Notes: generated from the letters alone by a model not told the origin. A stretch of 64,000 nucleotides of DNA from Tetramitus jugosus (GCA_937625935.1 OW569367.1:427108-491107); one strand, 5' to 3'. Positions 25,256-34,894 are shown, counted from the first letter of the stretch. Program-made: numbers and translations.

Positions 25256-28200
25256 GCGATGCTAAGAAAAACCCGATCCCTAACCAACAAACCCGATGAG
25301 CCAAGATCAAGGTCCAAAAAATCCCATGGAACGAAAGACCCGAACAATAAACCATCATGAGAACTCATACAGAACACAAACTTTCATGGATGTAGATATA
25401 GAGTTTCGCGCCTAAATTTTCGCGGGAAACACAATAAAAACCAAAATGAAACGAACGCAAACCACACCCACAAAGACCGGACTAACTCCTACCCAAAAAA
25501 GAAGAAGAAGAAGAGTCCAACACAAAGAAACTCGTGTTAAATCATCTTTTTCCCTTTCACAGCTCGACTTTGAAAAAACATCTATTATTCGCTTAAAAGA
25601 AATTTGCAGAGATAACAGAATTAACGACAAAGCTAATGCAAAAATTGTGCTTATCGCAAGGATGATGGATCATTTTCGTGATCATTCAAGAATTGAGTTA
25701 TTTGACACTCATGACATTGCAAATATCTGCCACACATTGGGCCTCAGTTCATATGGAACAAGAGAAGAGAAAATTCAAAGATGTATTGATCATATCTCCA
25801 AGAATGAACAAGAAGACCGTAGCCAATATGAGAAAGATGATACCCTTGTTGAGCCAAGTGTTCTGGATTTATCTCAAGAACTTGGACACCTCGATCTGGA
25901 AACTGATGCTGAACTTCCAGAAGACGAATCAACCATGTTACTGACGGAGAATCATTGCAATGGAGATTCTGGTAGGACAGAGTCTATCGACGGACAAAAT
26001 ATACAGCAGATAGTAGTAGAAGATACAACTGTTTTCGGCGGCGAGGAACTTCAAGAGGAAGAAGAGATGACAGATGCACAAACTGTGTTTAGGACAATTC
26101 CTAAGGTACTATTCTTAGAGAAAAGAAAATTGAGAATGGAGCCCACAGAAACTAGTGGTACATGGGCCAATACTGACTTTGGAAGCGAATTCATTTTTGT
26201 GGCTCGTTGTCATGTTTGCTATATTGAGTCAAAACTCCAAGAAATCCCTTTCTTTCAAACAATTATTGGAAGCCACGAACTGAAGATGAATGAATCAAGT
26301 AAGGTTGTGAATGAACCAATATTGAGGGAACATAACTACAAATTATTGAATGTGCGTTTAAAGAAACGCTTTCCCTATTCAAATAACCCAGATCTTCCAG
26401 GAAAAAGTATTTTGTTTTACGAAACAGTATTTTGTAAGCATCCTCTTTGTTTGGAATCCAAAGGGTCGTTTCTGAAGAGAGTGGGGAAGGTCAAGTACCT
26501 TACAAACTGTTCTGCTAAAGGCAAAATCGTTATTTACAACGATGATACCAGTCAAGCTTTTATCTATGCGAAAGGACAACATGATAGTACGTTTATTCCC
26601 TCAATTGACCCTCGCAGAATAACACCGGATAAACGAGAACAAGTGGTAGAGGCCTACAACACACTTAAGCCAACTGTAAAAAGGTTGTCACATGCTACAG
26701 GACTTTCTAGAAAACAAGTCACCTCTATCATCCAATATGAGAAAAAGTCAAAGCAATTAGCTTCAGATCCTTTCTTGTCGTTCAAGCTGAGATTAGCGAA
26801 GTTGAATGGAACGAAGGATATTGTCGTCCTCGTTCCAAGTGGTATGACACTTATGGATATGAACGAAACAAATTATGTTGTTCTTGTCCTTAATGAGAAA
26901 CTGGTCGACATAGGCCTGAATAGCGGTAAGGGGAAACTGATTCAAGGCATAGACTCAGTTTTTAAGATTACAAGTTTTCATTCCCCCATCAATGTTATTG
27001 CCACAATTGATGACAACTTTAAAGGAGTAATACAGGCGATATCAATTGCTCATGACAATAGTCACCAAACATTAATGCAGATATTGGATACCTTCCTCCA
27101 ATACAATAAGCGAAAGGATCCCAACTTTCGACCACAGTGGATGATGGATGCCGCTAAAGCCAACTTAAGTGCTATGCGTCGACTCAGCCTCCCCTATACG
27201 CTATGTCGATTCCATATCTCAGAAAGATGGAAAAAACATCTATCAAAGCTTCCATCACAAGTTCAAAAAGAACTCGCGAAACATCTGGTTTACATGGGCA
27301 TATCAAAAGATAGTGAAACATACTTGAAGTACTACGGTCAGTTTCAGAAGTACTGTAAGAAACAAGATGAGAAGACCAAGAACTTTTTGCAATACTTCAA
27401 TCAAAAGTATCATAGTTGTCACGAATCATGGACAGCGGAATCTAGACTCTTGGATATGAACAGTATCGGGAACACGAACAACATCTGTGAGAGTCAAATA
27501 AGACTTCTGGAAGAAACTGCTTCTTCGAGAGTAATTCAAAGATTGGACTATGTTATCGACCCAGTTGTGGAACGATTGCAGGAAAATTACGAGACTCTCG
27601 GTGATATAACACTTCCTGCTCCCAAAACTGTACAAGAGTTTAACAAGCGTCTTGAGAAGGGTATTGTATACCATAATAGTGGATACGTTCGAAAATTTAT
27701 TGGTGCAGAATACGTTTACCGCATACAGAAACCTGATAGTGATGATATTCACTACTGTGATATCAGGGGTATGTTTTGCAATTGTCTCGATTATGTTAAT
27801 AACTTTGGAAGGGTATGTAAACATCTGAACGCTGCAATGGTGACTTTTGCCGTTGAGAATGGAGTGAGAGATGTTGAAAGAGATGGATTTAAGTTCTTGC
27901 AAGTGATCAAGGATATCGTTAATAAGAAAGATTCCGCTCCTTCTAGTGTTGAAGTACTGAATTGCACTAATCGTGTACAGAATTTGGTAGGAGCTCCTGT
28001 TGCCTCAAGAAAACCATCTAGAAAGTTTCCTTTGAGAAAAAAAACAGGTCCCAAGAAGAAACAGAACGTTCTTGAAGTGGATTCAACCAACCAAGTTTCG
28101 ATTGAGAATGTTCTTGGAGTGAAAAAGAATTCAGCAGGAAATCCAGTCTTCTTGGTAACAGTCAATGGATCTAATATATGGGAAGAACAGCAGTATATAC

Positions 28201-28541
28201 GTGAATCCGACTTGCTTGAAGAGTTTCTTGAAGAGCTTATTGAGCTATATTCGACGTTAAGACAGAGATCAGAGAATGATCATGTAGTTATTGAGGAAGT
28301 TCGTTATATTGATGATGGTTATAAGTTGCGTGTACGAGGAAATGATTCTTTTACTCGTATCACTAAAGAACACAAGGTCCCACTGTTCTACTATTTGGCT
28401 CAATTTACTAATGTTGATGTTCAATAAAGCTTCTTTTGATCGGGTTTTTTAAGTTGTCAGGGTTGTTTGGTCGTGACCACAGGGTTTTTCTGTAATCGGA
28501 TTTTAATGGCCGGAACATCGGGTCTTTAGGATTTTCACCGG
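25256..28541 (+). mobile_element. Mutator-like element (MULE), 3286 bp, 9-bp TSD, no long TIRs
   Basis: AACATCGAA at 25247-25255 and 28542-28550. AAACCCGAT-like motifs at 25269, 25289, 25334 and inverted at 28439, 28495, 28517. Confidence 0.9.
25446..28427 (+). CDS. MULE transposase: SAP-like x2, WRKY/FAR1-like Zn finger, DDE core, SWIM finger, C-terminal chromo-like segment
   Basis: Catalytic motifs IDSVFK (D1), MMDAAKANLSAM (D2), CRFH and TNNICES (E); SWIM CNCLDY...VCKHL. Uninterrupted 993-aa ORF with AATAAA at the stop. Confidence 0.9.
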   Translation: MKRTQTTPTKTGLTPTQKRRRRRVQHKETRVKSSFSLSQLDFEKTSIIRLKEICRDNRINDKANAKIVLIARMMDHFRDHSRIELFDTHDIANICHTLGLSSYGTREEKIQRCIDHISKNEQEDRSQYEKDDTLVEPSVLDLSQELGHLDLETDAELPEDESTMLLTENHCNGDSGRTESIDGQNIQQIVVEDTTVFGGEELQEEEEMTDAQTVFRTIPKVLFLEKRKLRMEPTETSGTWANTDFGSEFIFVARCHVCYIESKLQEIPFFQTIIGSHELKMNESSKVVNEPILREHNYKLLNVRLKKRFPYSNNPDLPGKSILFYETVFCKHPLCLESKGSFLKRVGKVKYLTNCSAKGKIVIYNDDTSQAFIYAKGQHDSTFIPSIDPRRITPDKREQVVEAYNTLKPTVKRLSHATGLSRKQVTSIIQYEKKSKQLASDPFLSFKLRLAKLNGTKDIVVLVPSGMTLMDMNETNYVVLVLNEKLVDIGLNSGKGKLIQGIDSVFKITSFHSPINVIATIDDNFKGVIQAISIAHDNSHQTLMQILDTFLQYNKRKDPNFRPQWMMDAAKANLSAMRRLSLPYTLCRFHISERWKKHLSKLPSQVQKELAKHLVYMGISKDSETYLKYYGQFQKYCKKQDEKTKNFLQYFNQKYHSCHESWTAESRLLDMNSIGNTNNICESQIRLLEETASSRVIQRLDYVIDPVVERLQENYETLGDITLPAPKTVQEFNKRLEKGIVYHNSGYVRKFIGAEYVYRIQKPDSDDIHYCDIRGMFCNCLDYVNNFGRVCKHLNAAMVTFAVENGVRDVERDGFKFLQVIKDIVNKKDSAPSSVEVLNCTNRVQNLVGAPVASRKPSRKFPLRKKTGPKKKQNVLEVDSTNQVSIENVLGVKKNSAGNPVFLVTVNGSNIWEEQQYIRESDLLEEFLEELIELYSTLRQRSENDHVVIEEVRYIDDGYKLRVRGNDSFTRITKEHKVPLFYYLAQFTNVDVQ

Positions 28542-28831
28542 AACATCGAACATGACTCCTGGGAATGGGAGGAGGACATCTCCAAAGAACTTGTACAAGA
28601 GTTTCTGTCAAAGTATAATCCTAGACGTCGGCTTGAACTGTATTACTTACAGCGTCATAAAAGAATCCCGGTCTATCTTGAATCAGGTCATGGAATCAAG
28701 AAGAAGAAGAACAAGAAGAAGAAGAAGAACAACAAGAAGAAATAAAAACCAGAATAGAAAACGAGGCGGATGACTGCGTCCTTGTATCATGAGTGGCAGT
28801 CAAAAAAATCCGAGTCCGTTTATTCTGGTGC

Positions 28832-29829
28832 TTAGCTTCTTCTCCATTTTGACGCACAGTGAGCAACACAATGTTCGACATGGCCTACAGTGATGGATGA
28901 CAGGGAATTATTGATTGCTTGGACAAGAGATATTTGCTCGTATGTATAATATTTCAAATTACTTTTGAACAATGCAAACACTAACTCAATTGGATTGAAA
29001 TCTGGTGAGTATGGCGATAAAAACAACTATTGCATACCGATTTCATTCTTTGTATCACACGCTCGGAACGATGAATACGAGCATTGTCAAGAACAACAAC
29101 ATGGTAGTGTTGAAGATATGGCCTCAATTGCTCGAGAAATGCGAGGAAATCTTCCTGATTTATGCCATTATGAGTCGTGTTCTTCACATAGGGACTTATC
29201 AATCTATTACTGGTCATACCCAGAATGACGCTATAGGACTCTCGATTAAGATAGTGTTGATGCACTTCAACTTGTTCTCCTGAGCGAACATAGCCGTACC
29301 TTCGGCACAGGTCCCTTCTGTCCACATGTGTTTCGTCAATGAACACGAATTGATCGAGCAAATAGAGAACAGCCGTTCGACAAAAGGACCTCCTTAACAT
29401 CTGGACCCTTTCAGACATTCTCCTCATGGCAACAAGAGTCAGTCTCCTCCTCTTAAACAGAAGGATGTGTCTCCTGATCTTACACAAGAAGGACAATGAG
29501 ATATTGTGATGTAAATGTCTCGATATCAACACTTTCAACTCCCAGAGATAGAGAGTTGGGTCTAGGAGGACCAATAGTTCTACAAATCGAACTAGATACT
29601 GCTTGTGCGGTTGATTTGATATCGGCCTTCCTAATGGACGTAACGGTGAGTTCAAGTGCGTGAGATACTTTCGAACTGTTCGGATATCCAGAGACAGTTG
29701 CAAGGCCACAAGAGTTTCATCTCTGACGATGTCATATCTTTCAACGATTTTTCGTTGTAATTGTGGTGATAGTCGTTGTCCTCTTGTTGACATAGATGAT
29801 TTGCGTTGATTTTTTGAACGGAGAATCAT
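28832..29829 (-). pseudogene. IS630/Tc1 DDE transposase, single frameshift at the A5 run 29019-29023
   Basis: N-terminal HTH + GRP, then FIDET, VLDNARIH and FLSPYSPDFNPIE. One extra base in the homopolymer joins the two ORFs. Confidence 0.92.
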
Positions 29830-29858
29830 GATTTATTGATCAACATGATGATTGAACT

Positions 29859-31176
29859 TCAATGACCGGGGTTCCTACATATTGGACAACTGGGTTCCCT
29901 TGGCCTGACGTAGTTCATTTCGATAATTTCTCCATCAGCATCAATCTCCACACTACCCCAATCCCCGGTGCGCTGGGAATCGAACCAGCGATGGATGCAT
30001 GTTGAATGGAACAAGTGTCCACAAGGTAGGCGCGAGTTCGTCCTGTCTTATGATATCGTAGCACACAACACACTCATCCTCTGATGGATCTGGCTGTATT
30101 TGACTATCATCCTCATCCATATCGGGTAGTTCGTCCCGGTGATACTGCGATGAGTTCGTGATGACTGTGGTGGAAGTATTCTCCACGATTGTCAGGGCAG
30201 TAGGTTGAGAGGACATAATCAAGGAGTCGCAGATGGCAGCAGCTCTCGTCAAACCCTGATTCAATCGATGAAGTTCGGACTGATACAATCTCGCTCTTTC
30301 CTGAGCCTCTTGAGCAACTTGATGAAGATGTTGAACATGATTGGTTAATCTGGAAACAAAACTCTGGACATCATGGTGATTTGCTGGGTTCACGTTGAGA
30401 TAGATGTTGTTGTTGATCATATTAGGGAGCTCCTCATCTACAAACTCCATATTAATCTGAGATTCGGCCAAATTTTCTGTCTCTGTTGAGTTTGGGCGGA
30501 TGGGAGTTTATATATCGTCCGGGTTTCCCTGTATATCTTCATCGTCACTGACTTCATCCAGTTGAGATGAAATAGCAGGAAGACCCAATGTTCTACGGCG
30601 TATGTTATCGGGTTGATATATGTTGGAGTGAATGTTGTTGTTATGAATATCTCTGTGAAGACGCTGTGTCTCCAATAGTGCGCTCATATTTCTATCAGAT
30701 GTCTGGCTAAAGAATGAATCGTTCAAACGATCTACCTGTTGAGTAATCTGACCTCTCTGTGTATTCCTCTCTCTATACATTCGGATCCATGACTCTTTGT
30801 TATTCTCTATGTATTGATCCATATGTGCGAGTGCAGAAGAGCAATATAAGGCCCAGTTGGTTGCATTGGGACGACACGGGAGTCTCATATCCTTTCCTTG
30901 ATGAGAAAATCTTTGATGTCTTGTGTAAATATCCTTCCAGAAAGATTCAAGATCTCCTATAAATTCATCTCTGGTGATATTCCAACTCAAGAGTGCACTC
31001 TCCACCTTTCGAACAAAGATGTTTGAAACATTGACTCTGTTACCCAAGGTTCTCTGTGATGTTGCTTGTGATTGTGAATTGTATGGATGAGATTCGTGTG
31101 ACAGTGTAGTGGGAGAACTTACTGTAGAGAGTTGTTGAAGTCCACTCCCACTTTGATTTGATGAAATTGTTCTCAT
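29859..31176 (-). pseudogene. ~439-aa protein with a C-terminal RING-H2 finger (putative E3 ligase), transposon cargo
   Basis: ORFs 31176-30508 and 30471-29953 are in one frame, separated by a single TAA (DDI*TPIRPNSTETENLAES). A frameshift at ~30030-30034 hides LPCGHLFHSTCIHRWF...CPICR, which completes CVVC. Confidence 0.85.
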
Positions 31177-31888
31177 TTAATTGCCTTGTTTTTCTTAACT
31201 TGTTTGTCTGTTTTTTCACACATGCGGCACAAGTGTGACTTGTGACAAGCCTCAGCCATGCCTCAGCCATGGATGGGATCGTGGTTTGAGGGTCGGGGTG
31301 TCCTGGTGTCTGTGGTTGGGATGTCTGGGCGGGCCGACCCGCATCCTTTTCGTGAAACAGCAATAGACGTTAGGTCTCTTGCACTTGATGTGGATGGGAA
31401 GATTTATCGGTTTCGTATTATGAGTTCGATGGTACTTCTGTTGATTCGAATGTACAAACTATGGAATCTCGGTATCATCAACAACGAACTATGTGGCGAT
31501 TAATCCATCGAATAAAGCGAGTGGCACGATGATTCAAAGGTAGAGAAGGCCGGTAGGCTCGACTTTTCTTTGCAATTACGATTGAACCCCCAAGAACTCT
31601 TCCGTTCTGACCTTACAGACAAGCAGAAAAGTCAAGTCAAGAAGATTATGGTCGTGTTGTACACATGGAACTTTGGTTCCTTTCCTTGCCAACTCACAGA
31701 GACCGGCTTGACAGAGGTGGAGACTTCTGTTCGATCAATCCGAGCAACCAACAACAACGCTTCCTCTTTAAGAGCGCCCGAAGTTTGGCAGATAACAAGG
31801 ATGCTAATCTTGACCTCAAGGTTGCAGCCGGCGGAGATTCATATTTGCGATGTAAAGTGATTCCAATGTCACTGATGAGAGTGCTGCT

Positions 31889-32747
31889 ATGTATGGAACT
31901 CAGTATCATGATATTACATTTCAACTGTTGGTTGAGAGGATTCAAAGAAATCATCTTGAAGAACCAAAGAATCCTTATGGTTTAGTTCGGACTTGTTGTA
32001 ACTTTTCTGGGCACTTCACTTCCAGAGAAAGGTTCGATTGTTCTGCCCATCCCCTACATAGGATTTTGAATTATGTAACTGAACATAGAATCTTGGCTAA
32101 TTTGAGTAGAACTTCATACGATGAATATGACAGAGCTCTAAATTGTATCTACAAGGTGAGGTTAAACTTCACGATGTTCATTGTGATGGGTGGTCATTTA
32201 AGTGCAAGTTCAAAGAACAAGATTCGATATTTGAGGCTACATTATCTCTTTCTGACCTGACCAAGTGGATCAATAACTGTAGTAGAAGCTGCAATTGCAC
32301 AAATACTATATACCGCCATCTTCTTGTGCCCTTGATCTATCTGCACTTCAATAGGAAGAACAGAAAGCTTGAAGATTTCGAATTACATCGTATTAAGAGA
32401 TGGTCTGACGTATCGCACAACATCCCTGGAAGATATCATCGGACCTTGGAGTGGTTCAGAGATGAAGTTCCTCTGTTGGAAACGGAAGATAAATTTGATA
32501 CTTCTCTCGAAGAGAGCCGAATCAAAGATGAGTTTGGGGAGTATGTCACAAAGAGCAATATGAATCACAGCGACGCAAAATTATGTGCTCTAAAATCACA
32601 AACAATTCATTTTGGTAAGGATGATAACCTCATAACAAACTATGAACCCCATGGAGTTCATTCGACAGTACTCTTGGAAACATGTGATGCGGGTTTCTCC
32701 AGAGAAGACGATGACCATGAAATTCAACTTGCTCCAGCTGTTATTCC
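31889..32747 (+). pseudogene. Frameshifted SWIM zinc-finger-like ORF remnant
   Basis: YDRALNCIYK/GEVKLHDVHCDGWSFKCKF...SCNCTNTIYRHLLVPL resembles CxC-x4-CxH with the third Cys replaced by Tyr. Confidence 0.4.
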
Positions 32748-34142
32748 CAGAAATTTGCAGTCATGTACAAGCGCAAGGTTCTTCCAACACTGGTAGATTG
32801 GTTTGGTGGAGTACCTGCATGTATCAAGGACTACATGGACCTCCAGAATAACAACTTAACCTCAGCATCTCCAGAGAAGAGCGATGCACCTGTTGAAAAA
32901 TCAGGCTGTTTATTGATCACCACGATTTAAATGCCGTAGCGAAGTTTCAAAGGACAATTTCTTACACAACAATTGGCAATAGAGTTGAAACTAAGGACAG
33001 TATCAAAGCTCCTCTTCATCATGTCCAGCTCGAGGCTCACTCTCTTCATCTAGGACAGAAATCCGATCGATTGGATTAACGGTTTGTTCAGAGCTGTACT
33101 CTTCTAAATCCCCAGGACCTTCCTTTTGGCTTACATTCTCAGTCTTTGTTTGCTCTTCCAAGAAGAAAGATTCAACATTCGGGGGGAGAGCTTCTTGAGG
33201 TTTTTGTCGCTGTACTTTTGGTGCTTCCTTTCTCTGACCTTTGTCTTTGGTATTCTTTTTGGTTGAAGCGAGTGCAGCCATCTTGTTTTGAGCTTTTCCT
33301 TTGTTTTTTCGAGTCTTTGGATTCTCAAAGCTCTCAATAAGTTGCATACTTTCCTCTTCAATTTTCTTCAGTTCTTTGTCAAACCTATCCAAAATAATAG
33401 CTCTGTTGTTAGCAATATGAATGGTAGCTTCAACTGTTGAAGTTGGTTGTGGAAGAACCCTCATGACATAAAACCACAGTCTGTCTCTGTGAACACTGTT
33501 TGTGTTCTGCCAGACACTTGGACGTTCAATAGCGAGGAGACGGTACAACTCTTCTAGGAATGGGTCAATATTTATCTCAGTCATGTTTCTTTTGTGTGTA
33601 ACAGCTTTCCAGTTTTTTGAAATTTTGTCTGTAAATCTCGGTTGGCTCCACTCCCAACATTGAATGTTCAACCAGTTGCTTGTTGTTTGGCATCATTACG
33701 CGGCGATAACCAAAGGTCCAACACCTCTTCATGGGAATTCACTTATTCAATCTTCCTCTCTCTGCTCTTACTCATCACTCTTGACTCTCAAGTCTTTCTC
33801 AACCTCTTAAGTCGATCGACTTCAAACAACGCACAAGTAAAGATCATCTCTTCCTCACACCACGCTCAAGGTGCCATTGGAGCAATACCCATTCTCGGCT
33901 CTCAAAAAATCATTCGTTGTATAAAAAAAGGTCTTGTATTTTATTTCATATCAGCAGATAATCAGGTCATCACAGCTTCCTATTGGCTACTTTCGAGCAG
34001 TTCATCTCTGAGACATGTCAAAATCTTGCCCAACAAGTTCAATCCCTTCCATTTTGATCGATCCTTGCACTCATCGACATCTTGTTCACTCCAACCAATG
34101 CCCCAGATGTTGTCACGAGGTGAAGCTTCAACAAACTCCTTC
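32748..34142 (+). repeat. Copy 2 of the triplicated segment, with multiple internal deletions
   Basis: Begins CAGAAATTTGCAGTC like 16439 and ends CAAACTCCTTC like 18624. Lacks the coiled-coil repeat and most of MAEA. Confidence 0.95.
33003..33584 (-). pseudogene. Internally deleted copy of the 16793-18097 coiled-coil gene
   Basis: Same N-terminal ~190 aa; the deletion joins ..VNPID directly to RISVL. Confidence 0.8.
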
Positions 34143-34155
34143 CAAGAAGATAGAT

Positions 34156-34593
34156 TCAACATTCAGGGGAGAGCTTCTTGAGGTTGTTGTCGCTGTGCTT
34201 TGGTGCTTCCTTTCTCTGACCTTTGTCTTTGGTATTCTTCTTTTTGGCTGACGCTGGTGTAGGCATCTTGTTTTCAGAAGTTTTTTTATCAGCTTTTCCT
34301 TTGTTTTTTCGAGTCTTTGGGGACTCTTTCTCAAAGCTCTCAATAAGTTGCATACTTTCCTCTTCAATTTTCTTCAGCTCTTTATCAAATATCTTCAAAA
34401 GACGATCTTTGTAGTTGGCAACATGACTGGCAGGTCCCACTTCAGTTGAAGATGGAGGTGGAAGTGCACGGATTACAAGAGGCCACAGTCTGTCTCTGTG
34501 AACACTGTTTGTGTTCTGCCAGACACTTGGACGTTCAATAGTGAGGAGACGGTTCACCTCGTCAAGGAATGGGAGAATTTTTATCTCAGTCAT
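34156..34593 (-). pseudogene. 3'-truncated third copy of the coiled-coil gene
   Basis: Same N-terminus with a divergent central patch; truncated at the copy 2/3 junction (~34140). Confidence 0.75.
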
Positions 34594-34894
34594 GTTTCTT
34601 TTGTGTGCAACAGCTCTCCAGTTTTTTGAAATTTTGTCTGTAAATCTCGGTTGGCTCCACTCCCAACATTGAATGTTCAACCAGTTGCTTGTTGTTGGGT
34701 CTCATGATGCGGCGATAACCAAAGGTCCAACACCTCCTCTTCATGGGAATTCACTTATTCAATCTTCCTCTCTCTGCTCTTACTCATCACTCTTGACTCT
34801 CAAGTCTTTCTCAACCTCTTAAGTCGATCGACTTCAAACAACGCACAACAAATAAACAAAAAATCAAAAAAACAACAACTCAAAAAAACACACA

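Larger units (their letters stand above)
25115..28745 (+). pseudogene. 111-aa chromodomain protein interrupted by the MULE (25115-25255 + 28551-28745)
   Basis: Removing the MULE and one TSD copy gives in-frame EEYEVSALWGMRKRRKRNQFLVQWADPYSNIE|HDSWEWEEDISKELVQEFLSKY..., a poly-Lys tail and TAA. Confidence 0.88.
24923..31363 (-). mobile_element. IS630/Tc1-superfamily DNA transposon with chromodomain and RING-H2 cargo genes (6441 bp; 3146 bp without the nested MULE)
   Basis: TIRs TTGCTGTTTCAC (24923-24934) / GTGAAACAGCAA (31352-31363), 19/23 identical when extended. TA on both sides (24921-22, 31364-65); the empty site reads gcaCTAGacg. DDE transposase inside. Confidence 0.88.
18625..32747. other. 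14-kb block of decayed, unidentified ORFs hosting nested transposons, bracketed by direct repeats
   Basis: ORF fragments broken by stops/frameshifts on both strands (19550-20850 +, 20870-22605 -, 22900-24900, 31366-32747 +). The poly-N/Q/T tracts common in flanking host genes are largely absent. Confidence 0.55.

Noticed and set aside
29015-29030. Programmed -1 frameshift in the IS630 transposase
   Set aside because: No canonical X XXY YYZ heptamer in the required frame; a homopolymer indel is simpler.
30508-30510. In-frame TAA as evidence of a ciliate-type genetic code
   Set aside because: Conserved host genes (MYG1, fimbrin, MAEA, SPT4) terminate at TAA at the expected positions.
16439-34142. 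LTR retrotransposon or Helitron reading of the direct repeats
   Set aside because: The repeats consist of host gene fragments and lack TG..CA ends or a TSD; no gag/RT/integrase or Rep/helicase motifs are visible.
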